35,760 bases of DNA from a virus. Taxonomy: Duplodnaviria > Caudoviricetes. Position numbers and translations under genes: made by a program. Numbering within the stretch: the first letter of the stretch is position 1; each line of letters opens with the position of its first letter. The notes below the pieces were generated by a model. It was not told the DNA's origin. It was given only the letters and a program-made list of their open reading frames with translations, and ran no database searches. Where the stretch lies: positions 1 to 35,760 of IMG/VR virus record IMGVR_UViG_3300020045_009020; one strand, given 5' to 3'. Positions 17,245 through 24,114 of this stretch are shown piece after piece.

Positions 17245-17496
17245 ATGAAAGAAGGCAATGTTCTTATGATTATGCTGGGTGTAATTATTGTTGGGATGTT
17301 GATTATGTTTTTCGGTTGCGCAACACCACAAAAGCCTAAAGATATGGGCTGGCAGGGAAACAGTATGGACGGTTGTATTGTGATGCAATTAGAGCGAGAG
17401 GACGGCACATTTATTGATAACTCACCAGAGGCAAAAGAAGCGGAAGAGAAGGCTAAACGTAAGGCTGAATTTATGAGGAAGAGCGGATTTCATTAA
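17245..17496 (+). CDS. Possible lipoprotein
   Basis: Hydrophobic leader ending in FFGC (lipobox-like). Confidence 0.55.
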   Translation: MKEGNVLMIMLGVIIVGMLIMFFGCATPQKPKDMGWQGNSMDGCIVMQLEREDGTFIDNSPEAKEAEEKAKRKAEFMRKSGFH

Positions 17497-17505
17497 ACTA
17501 AAACT

Positions 17506-17621
17506 GGACGGGTGGCGTAGTGGTTAACGCATGTGCGCTCTTAAAAGGTGGGACGCCGATTCCGGAACGGTGGAGCGATAAAACATACCACAAATCGTAG
17601 GTTCGATTCCTGCCCCGTCCA
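17506..17621 (+). ncRNA. tRNA-like RNA with greatly expanded anticodon arm (identity undetermined)
   Basis: Acceptor GGACGGG/CCCGTCC; D arm GCGT-AGTGGTTA-ACGC; T arm GTAGG-TTCGATT-CCTGC; TGTG/CACA encloses 53 nt. Confidence 0.75.
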
Positions 17622-17654
17622 GTAAATTTTTAAATAGGAAAAGAGGTTAATAAT

Positions 17655-17837
17655 ATGAAAACTAAATATCGAAACAAGAGAGAAATTGTTTTTAAAAAAG
17701 GCGAGGAAACGCATCTGGATGAAATCGAACATTCTCAATCAACGTTTATGGGATGTTTTGACCATAAGGATGATGATGAACTGTCTGATGAACTAATCTG
17801 TAATGCAAACTGTAAGATAACTTTGGAATGGGATTAA
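17655..17837 (+). CDS. Hypothetical protein
   Basis: GAGG RBS; open frame. Confidence 0.6.
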   Translation: MKTKYRNKREIVFKKGEETHLDEIEHSQSTFMGCFDHKDDDELSDELICNANCKITLEWD

Positions 17838-17902
17838 AAACCCGAGGTTGGTAATGAAAAAAACATACTGGGTAATTAAAGACATGGACAAAGGAGCTTA
17901 AA

Positions 17903-18052
17903 ATGAAAGAATTATTTGTGCAGTTAGTTGTAACACTTATCATGCTGTCAATATTTATAGTATTTCGTAAATTCTTCGGTTTTGAATACACTGTTTTATT
18001 TGCAATTGCATTTTCTTATGCAGGACTGATTGGAAGAATCAGGAAGATATAA
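17903..18052 (+). CDS. Small membrane protein (49 aa)
   Basis: Manually translated MKELFVQLVVTLIMLSIFIVF...; AAAGGAGC RBS. Confidence 0.55.
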   Translation: MKELFVQLVVTLIMLSIFIVFRKFFGFEYTVLFAIAFSYAGLIGRIRKI

Positions 18053-18068
18053 AAACAGGAGCGAAACG

Positions 18069-18185
18069 ATGGTATTAGTAACTTTGTCGTTGGCTATTAT
18101 TGGATTAGCAATTGCGATATTAGGCATTTATAAGACACTAGATGAAATAGCAAATAAACTTAAAGAAACAGGAGCGAAACAATGA
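18069..18185 (+). CDS. Single-TM micro-protein (38 aa)
   Basis: MVLVTLSLAIIGLAIAILGIYK...; ATGA overlap. Confidence 0.55.
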   Translation: MVLVTLSLAIIGLAIAILGIYKTLDEIANKLKETGAKQ

Positions 18186-18355
18186 TTGAAAGATTTGAGT
18201 TTATTGAAAAACAATGGAAATTACTTGAATGGTTATGGGTTAATAAATTTATATCAGAAAAAAAATTATTAGAAATTACAAGAGAACAAGAAATATGCCC
18301 CGAGTGGTGGGACATACCGTGCAATTGCCAAGAATGTATTAATTGTGAAAGATAA
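18182..18355 (+). CDS. Small Cys-rich protein (57 aa)
   Basis: ...ICPEWWDIPCNCQECINCER. Confidence 0.6.
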   Translation: MIERFEFIEKQWKLLEWLWVNKFISEKKLLEITREQEICPEWWDIPCNCQECINCER

Positions 18356-18374
18356 ATAAAAAAGGAGCGAAACA

Positions 18375-18476
18375 ATGAAAACTTGTGAAGATTGTAAATA
18401 CTATGAAACCTGTAAGTTACATGTAAATAATTTCCCACCAACTGAGTTCTGTGAAGAATTTGAGGAGAAACAATAA
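18375..18476 (+). CDS. Cys4 micro-protein (33 aa)
   Basis: MKTCEDCKYYETC...FCEEFEEKQ. Confidence 0.55.
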   Translation: MKTCEDCKYYETCKLHVNNFPPTEFCEEFEEKQ

Positions 18477-18613
18477 AGAAGAAAAAAAATCGGAACTTGA
18501 GGATTTGAAATACGACCCAAAAGAGAAAATATTTCCTGCCGATTTTCAGGAAGATATAAGAGAAAGATTCAACGAACTCATAGACTACATTAAAAGAAAG
18601 GAGCGAAAATAAC

Positions 18614-18907
18614 ATGATTACAATCAGCATTAAAAAAATTGTAGAGCATTACCTAACAGATGATTCCAAGAAGCGGACAGCAACAATATATTTCGTTGAT
18701 GATAAGTTTAAGAGCGTAACATATAAAACACGCTGCGATACATACGACCGCGCGGATTGGGAGTTTTTAGCGGATATTAATTGTCAAATAGCTAATATTG
18801 AGGAAGGGCTTCTTAAATATCCAGTACCAAAAATGCCTAAGCCAACAGCTTTTGATGAGGGCGGCAATCCTTTTAGATATAGCTCGAGTGAGGAGAAAGG
18901 GAAATGA
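18614..18907 (+). CDS. Hypothetical protein
   Basis: AAAGGAGC RBS. Confidence 0.65.
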   Translation: MITISIKKIVEHYLTDDSKKRTATIYFVDDKFKSVTYKTRCDTYDRADWEFLADINCQIANIEEGLLKYPVPKMPKPTAFDEGGNPFRYSSSEEKGK

Positions 18908-19104
18908 ACTATCTCTGTTCTCGTTGCGTAAATCGTAACGCCAATAAATTCTGCAAGGCTGGCAGGCCTAGAAATCAATATAAAAACTGCGCTCAGTTTG
19001 AGGCTGGGGTGCCGCATAACAGACTTGCGGGAAAAAGAATTAAGAAGTATGAGAACAATCCGATTATCAAGGAAATGCGGGCAGATATGGCAAAGTATAT
19101 ATGA
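18904..19104 (+). CDS. Small Cys4 protein
   Basis: CSRC...C...C; ATGA overlaps. Confidence 0.6.
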   Translation: MNYLCSRCVNRNANKFCKAGRPRNQYKNCAQFEAGVPHNRLAGKRIKKYENNPIIKEMRADMAKYI

Positions 19105-20465
19105 CATTATACAAACATCAAATTGAAGGTATAAAGCGAGCTATTGACAATAACGGAAAATATGCGTTTTTCTTTGATTGCGGAATAGGTAAGTGTTTAA
19201 CTGCGCTCAAAACATTCGAACAGTTAAAGCTTAAAGATCAGGGATTACGAATGTTAGTGTTTGCGCCAAAGTCTATTCTAATTACTTCTTGGATTTCAGA
19301 TATTAAGCAATATACTGATTTTACAGTAGGTATGCTCAAAGATACTAACAAAGGCGATATATTACTTATTAATTACGAGCTTGCTATTGCTAAAAGTGGT
19401 ATTAATAAGATTGCAAAGCTTATTTCTTCCGGGCGGTGGATGGCCTGCTGCGATGAATCCAGCCGCATGAAAAATTATGACTCACAAACTACCAAATTGT
19501 TAATATCGCTAAAATGGCAATTTCAGCATAGGCTCATACTCTCAGCCACACCTTGCCCGAATACTGAGCTTGAGTTGTGGGGTCAGATTGAGTTTATAAG
19601 TACCGTACTACCAAATAAGTTTACGCAATTTAGAAACCTATACTTCCAACTTTCGCGCGGGAATCAGGTAATGGTACCAAACGGAACCATGATGAATCGC
19701 TATACTATGGGCAATCTATACCGTACAGGGTGGAAGTACACCATAACGCCACAGAAACGCGAATTATTGATGAAAATGATCGCGTCATGTTGCTATTGGG
19801 TACGCAAAGAGGATGTTTTAGACTTGCCCGAGAAAATAGACGAGATCCGGCAAATAGAGCTATCCCGCGATGAGCTTAAGGCCTATAAGTCCATGAAAGA
19901 CGACTTAATCGCGGAAATAGGCGACGATATTGCCGTTGCAAGTGTTGCGCTTGCTAAGCTTATGAAGTTGCGCCAAATTACAAGCGGCTTCGCGTACAGC
20001 CTTGAAGGTAAGGCGCTACCTATTGGCAATAGCAAATTGAACGAACTACAAGCACTATTAGAAGAAATAGGCAATAAACAAGTAATAATATTCGCACAAT
20101 TTCGCTATGAGATTGAGCAGATCCAATCATTACTGCCCGGCAGCGTTACACTGTACTCACAAACTGACGATAAGGAAGCTTCCATTAACCAATTTAAGAA
20201 CGGCGAAGCTAAATATTTAATAGGACACCCGAAGTCAATGGCCCACGGATTAAACCTGCAATGCTGCCAGAACATGATATTTTATAGCCTCGATTATTCT
20301 TATGAGGCTTATGAGCAGGCGCGTAACCGCATTCACAGGATTGGGCAACAAGGATCTTGCACCTATTTTCACTTAATAGCTAAAGATACTATTGACGAAG
20401 CTATACTCAAAGTATTGCAGAAGAAAATTGACTTGCAAGAGGCGATAAGGGGAATAATTGAATGA
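19101..20465 (+). CDS. SNF2-family (SF2) helicase
   Basis: LYKHQ, DCGIGKC (motif I), DESS (II), LSATP (III), HGLNLQ (V), QARNRIHRIGQ (VI). Confidence 0.92.
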   Translation: MTLYKHQIEGIKRAIDNNGKYAFFFDCGIGKCLTALKTFEQLKLKDQGLRMLVFAPKSILITSWISDIKQYTDFTVGMLKDTNKGDILLINYELAIAKSGINKIAKLISSGRWMACCDESSRMKNYDSQTTKLLISLKWQFQHRLILSATPCPNTELELWGQIEFISTVLPNKFTQFRNLYFQLSRGNQVMVPNGTMMNRYTMGNLYRTGWKYTITPQKRELLMKMIASCCYWVRKEDVLDLPEKIDEIRQIELSRDELKAYKSMKDDLIAEIGDDIAVASVALAKLMKLRQITSGFAYSLEGKALPIGNSKLNELQALLEEIGNKQVIIFAQFRYEIEQIQSLLPGSVTLYSQTDDKEASINQFKNGEAKYLIGHPKSMAHGLNLQCCQNMIFYSLDYSYEAYEQARNRIHRIGQQGSCTYFHLIAKDTIDEAILKVLQKKIDLQEAIRGIIE

Positions 20466-21073
20466 AAATCTTAAATTTATATGCAGGTATCGGCGGTAAT
20501 CGTAAGCTGTGGGGCGATGAACATACTATTACCGCAGTTGAATACAAGCCTGAAATAGCGGCAATTTATAAAGATTTCTTCCCGAATGATAATGTAATTG
20601 TCGGCGATGCACATGATTTTCTCCTAAAAAATTATAAATCATACGATTTCATCTGGGCTTCGCCACCATGTCCGACACATAGCCATATATATAAAGAATT
20701 AGGAGTTGAAAGGCGCGGCTGGAAAGCATTTTATCCGGACATGAGTCTATATCAAGAAATAATTATGTTGAAGCATTATTTCAAAGGGAAGTGGTGTGTT
20801 GAAAATGTTGTTAGTTATTATGAGCCGCTTATTAAGCCGCATTATTTTGGTAGTCATTATTTCTGGTCAAATTTTCACATCAAACCTGTCGAAATTGAAT
20901 CAAGAGGTCACCATGTCGGAATTAAACATCTGCAAGAAATTAAGCAATTTGATTTGTCTAAATATAAAAGTATTGATAAAAGGAAATTACTGAGAAATTG
21001 TGTTGAGCCGGAATTAGGCTTACATATTCTAAACGAAAGCCAAAAAGATATATGTCCGGAGTTGTTTAAATGA
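20462..21073 (+). CDS. Compact C5-cytosine DNA methyltransferase
   Basis: LYAGIGG (motif I), SPPC (IV), ENV (VI). Confidence 0.9.
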   Translation: MKILNLYAGIGGNRKLWGDEHTITAVEYKPEIAAIYKDFFPNDNVIVGDAHDFLLKNYKSYDFIWASPPCPTHSHIYKELGVERRGWKAFYPDMSLYQEIIMLKHYFKGKWCVENVVSYYEPLIKPHYFGSHYFWSNFHIKPVEIESRGHHVGIKHLQEIKQFDLSKYKSIDKRKLLRNCVEPELGLHILNESQKDICPELFK

Positions 21074-21351
21074 GCCAGCCAGAAACGAAATTCAAGAATA
21101 AAGTATTGCGTATGATCAAGAAAGATTATCCTGGGGCTTTGGCTTTCAAGTTAAACGACGCAACACACTCGGGCTACCCGGATCTTCTCGTATTGTATAA
21201 ATCAAAATGTTATTTCTTCGAGCTTAAAGTTGCGCCAAATAAAACTTCCAAAATACAAGATTATTATATTTCCGCAATTCAATCTACCGGCAACTTTGCC
21301 GGCGTTGCTTATTCTACCGACGATATATCGCGAGTGTTAAATAACGCTTGA
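21070..21351 (+). CDS. VRR-NUC domain nuclease
   Basis: E..F...SGYPDL...FFELK...Q PD-(D/E)xK pattern. Confidence 0.85.
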   Translation: MSQPETKFKNKVLRMIKKDYPGALAFKLNDATHSGYPDLLVLYKSKCYFFELKVAPNKTSKIQDYYISAIQSTGNFAGVAYSTDDISRVLNNA

Positions 21352-21377
21352 CTATGCAGAATAAGAAAAGATATAAT
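21348..21377 (+). promoter_or_regulatory. sigma70-like promoter
   Basis: TTGACT-18-TATAAT. Confidence 0.7.
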
Positions 21378-21404
21378 ATGTATGTAAACATTACAAATAC
21401 ATAC

Positions 21405-21478
21405 GATCGGGTAAGCGATCTATCTTCATTATATAGGGCGTGTTGCTTCTTACCAGGCGACATCGCCCTAGTTTTTTT
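21405..21478 (+). promoter_or_regulatory. Structured leader 2 (kissing-loop hairpin plus terminator)
   Basis: GATCG-GGTAAG-CGATC (21405-21420). TAGGGCG-TGTTGCTT-CTTACC-AGGCGACA-T-CGCCCTA followed by GTTTTTTT (21434-21478). Confidence 0.75.
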
Positions 21479-21491
21479 ATGAGGAGATAGT

Positions 21492-22112
21492 ATGACAACT
21501 AAAAAATATTATAGAGAAAATATTGATAAAATAAAAAAGTATAGCCATCTGTATTATCAGAAATATAAGAAATTGATTTATGCCAAAAATAAAGAATATA
21601 TGATAGCTTATAGAAAACGCAATAATGCTAAATTAATACAATACGCAAAGGAATACAGAATAAATAATGCAGATGCAATTAAAAAGAAAAAGAAAATATA
21701 CAATATTAAAAATAAAAATCATATTAATGAACATAAAAAGCACATTATTTATAATGGCAATAGACTGAAATTACTCAAAAAATACAATTATACCTGCCAA
21801 AAATGCAATCAATCATTTAAAGATTCTAAATTAGATATACACCATATTGATCGATTTGGAAGTAGGAATCCGGTTGCGTTGCAAAATAATAATGTAAATA
21901 ATCTTATGCTCTTGTGTGAACAATGTCATCACAGATTGCATAGTACCGGCGAATCGAATGGCAATGCAAAACTAACAAATAAAAAGGTTACAGAAATAAG
22001 AAAACTCTATAATAAAAAAATATCTTATAGAATTATTACAAAACAATACAATATATCTCAGGCTGTTTTTTACAAAGTTATCAACCATATTAGTTGGAAA
22101 CATGTTATATAA
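21492..22112 (+). CDS. HNH endonuclease (homing-endonuclease-like)
   Basis: CQKC...DIHHID...NNVNNLMLLCEQCHHRLH; C-terminal GESNGNAKLT...EIR HTH-like tail; Lys/Tyr-rich N-terminus; very AT-rich. Confidence 0.9.
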   Translation: MTTKKYYRENIDKIKKYSHLYYQKYKKLIYAKNKEYMIAYRKRNNAKLIQYAKEYRINNADAIKKKKKIYNIKNKNHINEHKKHIIYNGNRLKLLKKYNYTCQKCNQSFKDSKLDIHHIDRFGSRNPVALQNNNVNNLMLLCEQCHHRLHSTGESNGNAKLTNKKVTEIRKLYNKKISYRIITKQYNISQAVFYKVINHISWKHVI

Positions 22113-22124
22113 ACTAGGGGGTGA

Positions 22125-22532
22125 TTGAAAATGATGAATGACATAAGTGAAAAAGATTTAGTGTCACGACTTAAAAGTTTCAGGAACGAGCGAAAAGAAT
22201 TAGAAATTAAGCTCGATGAAATTAAAAGAGCAGAAGCGGAAGCTGAATCTAATTTACTCGAACATCTTGAAGCCATCAACGCTACCGCTACAGCAAAGTA
22301 CGATAATGTGGGGTATGCCGTTGCTATGAAACCGCGATGCTTCGCAACTTGTGTCGAAAGTGAATTTGATAACCTAAAAAATTATCTAGCAAATGAAGGC
22401 AGGCTTGACCTTGTAAAAGAAAAGGTTATGCCTTCAACCCTTTCGGCTTATGTTTCGGAACTTATTGCGGCCGGCAAGCCTATACCGGCTTGTATTAGTT
22501 ATTATCTCAAAACCAGTATCAAGGTTTATTGA
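22125..22532 (+). CDS. Replication-module hypothetical protein (coiled-coil N-terminus)
   Basis: Open frame directly before the SSB-like gene; exact start uncertain. Confidence 0.65.
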   Translation: MKMMNDISEKDLVSRLKSFRNERKELEIKLDEIKRAEAEAESNLLEHLEAINATATAKYDNVGYAVAMKPRCFATCVESEFDNLKNYLANEGRLDLVKEKVMPSTLSAYVSELIAAGKPIPACISYYLKTSIKVY

Positions 22533-22563
22533 TACGAAATTTAAACCGAAAAGGAGCTACACA

Positions 22564-23256
22564 ATGAAAAAACAAGAAGAGCAGAAGCTAGCAGTTAAGC
22601 AGGAAACAGCAATAGCAGCACCGGGTCGCATTATCAGAGGCTTCGAAGCTGAACTCGACCAGAATGATTTAATGATACCGCGCGCTAAGCTCATCCAAAA
22701 GATGAGCGATGAGATAAACGACGGCCGGCGCGAAGGCGAGATTATCAATAGCCTCACAAAGGAAATACTACCGGCTACCTTCATACCGATTTTCGTCTAT
22801 AAGCAGGTTATACGCTTTGACGAGAACAAGAAAATGTTATGGCAAACTACCGATATGAAAGATCCGCGAGTATTGGCTGAGGCTAGCTTTGGCAAGGACG
22901 GCGAAGCCCCTTTAGCACATACTTATCTCAATTTTTTCTCGGTATTTGACGGGCTGCCTATGCCAATTATAATTGGCTTTAGCAAGTCGAGTTATAAAAC
23001 CGGCAAGCAATTATTATCGCTTGCCAAATTTACCGGAGATTCTATGTATGGGCGCAAGTACACACTCGGCTCTAAAAAAGTATCTGGCGATAAAGGCCAG
23101 TATGCCATTTTCACTATCAATCCGGCTGGTATAGTTACCGAAGATGAGTACAAGAACGCTGATAAATTGTGGGAAACATACTCCAACAAGGCAGCAGATC
23201 TCAAGGTACACGACGAAACAGTTGCAGAATCAGAAGTACCGGACAGCTGGAAATAA
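22564..23256 (+). CDS. Probable phage ssDNA-binding/annealing protein
   Basis: Start moved to ATG 22564 (AAAGGAGC RBS); DLMIPRAKLIQKMS, SKSSYKTGK, acidic-aromatic C-tail (ESEVPDSWK). Confidence 0.55.
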   Translation: MKKQEEQKLAVKQETAIAAPGRIIRGFEAELDQNDLMIPRAKLIQKMSDEINDGRREGEIINSLTKEILPATFIPIFVYKQVIRFDENKKMLWQTTDMKDPRVLAEASFGKDGEAPLAHTYLNFFSVFDGLPMPIIIGFSKSSYKTGKQLLSLAKFTGDSMYGRKYTLGSKKVSGDKGQYAIFTINPAGIVTEDEYKNADKLWETYSNKAADLKVHDETVAESEVPDSWK

Positions 23257-23265
23257 CTAACAATT

Positions 23266-23310
23266 CATGCCGCTCGAGTTTGCTAGTCACTTCTCGGGCG
23301 GTATGTTTTT
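23266..23310 (+). terminator. Rho-independent terminator
   Basis: CATGCCGCTCGAG...CTCGGGCGGTATG followed by TTTTT. Confidence 0.8.
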
Positions 23311-23325
23311 GCCTGAAAGGAATAT

Positions 23326-23841
23326 ATGAAAATGGATATAGTAGCAGGTAGTAAAAATGATGAATTTTATACACCAGAATACGCAGTTATACCTATTACT
23401 AATTATCTAAGACCAAATTCGACAATTTGGTGTCCTTTCGATACCCAGGATAGTAATTTTGTGAAAGTTTTAACAAAACTAGGACACAAAGTAATTGCAA
23501 CGCATATTCATGATGGTCAAGACTTTTTTAATCATAGCGAAATTTGCGATTATATAATATCTAATCCACCCTATAGTTTAAAGTATGAAGTTTTTGAAAG
23601 ATTATACGCACTAAATAAGCCATTCGCAATGTTAGTTGGAGTAGTGGGATTATTCGAAAGTCAAAAAAGATTTTATCTATTCAAGGAACATTTTTTTGAG
23701 ATTATGTATTTGAATAAAAGAATATCTTATTTTAGAGATTACTTTGAACAAAAACCATCTATTAATCCTCCGTTTAGTAGTGTTTATGTTTGTTGTGGAG
23801 TCTTACCTGAAAAGATTATTTTTGAAGAAGTATATAAATGA
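23326..23841 (+). CDS. Small amino (N6-adenine) DNA methyltransferase
   Basis: DEFYTP, IWCPFD, GQDFF, ISNPPYS. Confidence 0.85.
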   Translation: MKMDIVAGSKNDEFYTPEYAVIPITNYLRPNSTIWCPFDTQDSNFVKVLTKLGHKVIATHIHDGQDFFNHSEICDYIISNPPYSLKYEVFERLYALNKPFAMLVGVVGLFESQKRFYLFKEHFFEIMYLNKRISYFRDYFEQKPSINPPFSSVYVCCGVLPEKIIFEEVYK

Positions 23842-23972
23842 AAAATCTATTCCCAATTACGCTGATCGTTTTAGATCTATGCGCCTCTATTGTTTACTTG
23901 TGTTATGGCGACTGGCGCCGCGCCATTTACTGGCTAGCGGCTAGTATTTTAACCTTGACAGTTACGCTGTAA
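23838..23972 (+). CDS. Two-TM micro-protein (44 aa)
   Basis: Manually translated MKNLFPITLIVLDLCASIVYLCYGDWRRAIYWLAASILTLTVTL; start overlaps the upstream stop (ATGA). Confidence 0.6.
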   Translation: MKNLFPITLIVLDLCASIVYLCYGDWRRAIYWLAASILTLTVTL

Positions 23973-23983
23973 AGCTATACAAT
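23955..23983 (+). promoter_or_regulatory. sigma70-like promoter
   Basis: TTGACA-17-TACAAT. Confidence 0.8.
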
Positions 23984-24024
23984 ATCGCAACTCCAGTACA
24001 AGGCTATTTTATGGATAACAATAC

Positions 24025-24100
24025 AAAGCTTATTGCGCAAGTTTTTTTAATTTATAGAGGATGCTGTCCGTGGCGCAATCACGGCGGCATCCTTAATTTT
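24025..24100 (+). promoter_or_regulatory. Structured leader 3 (kissing-loop hairpin pair)
   Basis: AAAGCTT-ATTGCGC-AAGTTTT (24025-24045). AGGATGCTG-T-CCGTG-GCGCAAT-CACGG-CGGCATCCT (24058-24093) followed by TAATTTT. Confidence 0.75.
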
Positions 24101-24114
24101 ATCATAAAGGAACA

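Larger units (their letters stand above)
17232..17911 (+). repeat. Perfect 22-bp direct repeat AAAGGAGCTTAAAATGAAAGAA
   Basis: Copies at 17232-17253 and 17890-17911, each spanning RBS, stop and ATG. Confidence 0.9.
18053..18608 (+). repeat. Four dispersed AGGAGCGAAA RBS-containing repeats
   Basis: At about 18053-18067, 18166-18185, 18363-18378 and 18597-18608, each just before an ATG. Confidence 0.85.

Noticed and set aside
17506-17621. Standard tRNA-Lys(CTT) or tmRNA call
   Set aside because: CTCTTAA is not in register with a 5-bp anticodon stem; there is a full D arm and no room for a tag reading frame.
18053-18608. CRISPR-like repeat-spacer array
   Set aside because: Repeats are short RBS words with irregular spacing of 110-240 bp, and the intervening DNA encodes ORFs.
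19101-20465. Inactive helicase because of GKC and DESS variants
   Set aside because: Catalytic Lys, Asp-Glu and motif VI are retained; such variants are not evidence of inactivation.
23266-23310. Fifth kissing-loop element
   Set aside because: Good terminator, but no nearby upstream hairpin with a complementary loop and no adjacent promoter were found.
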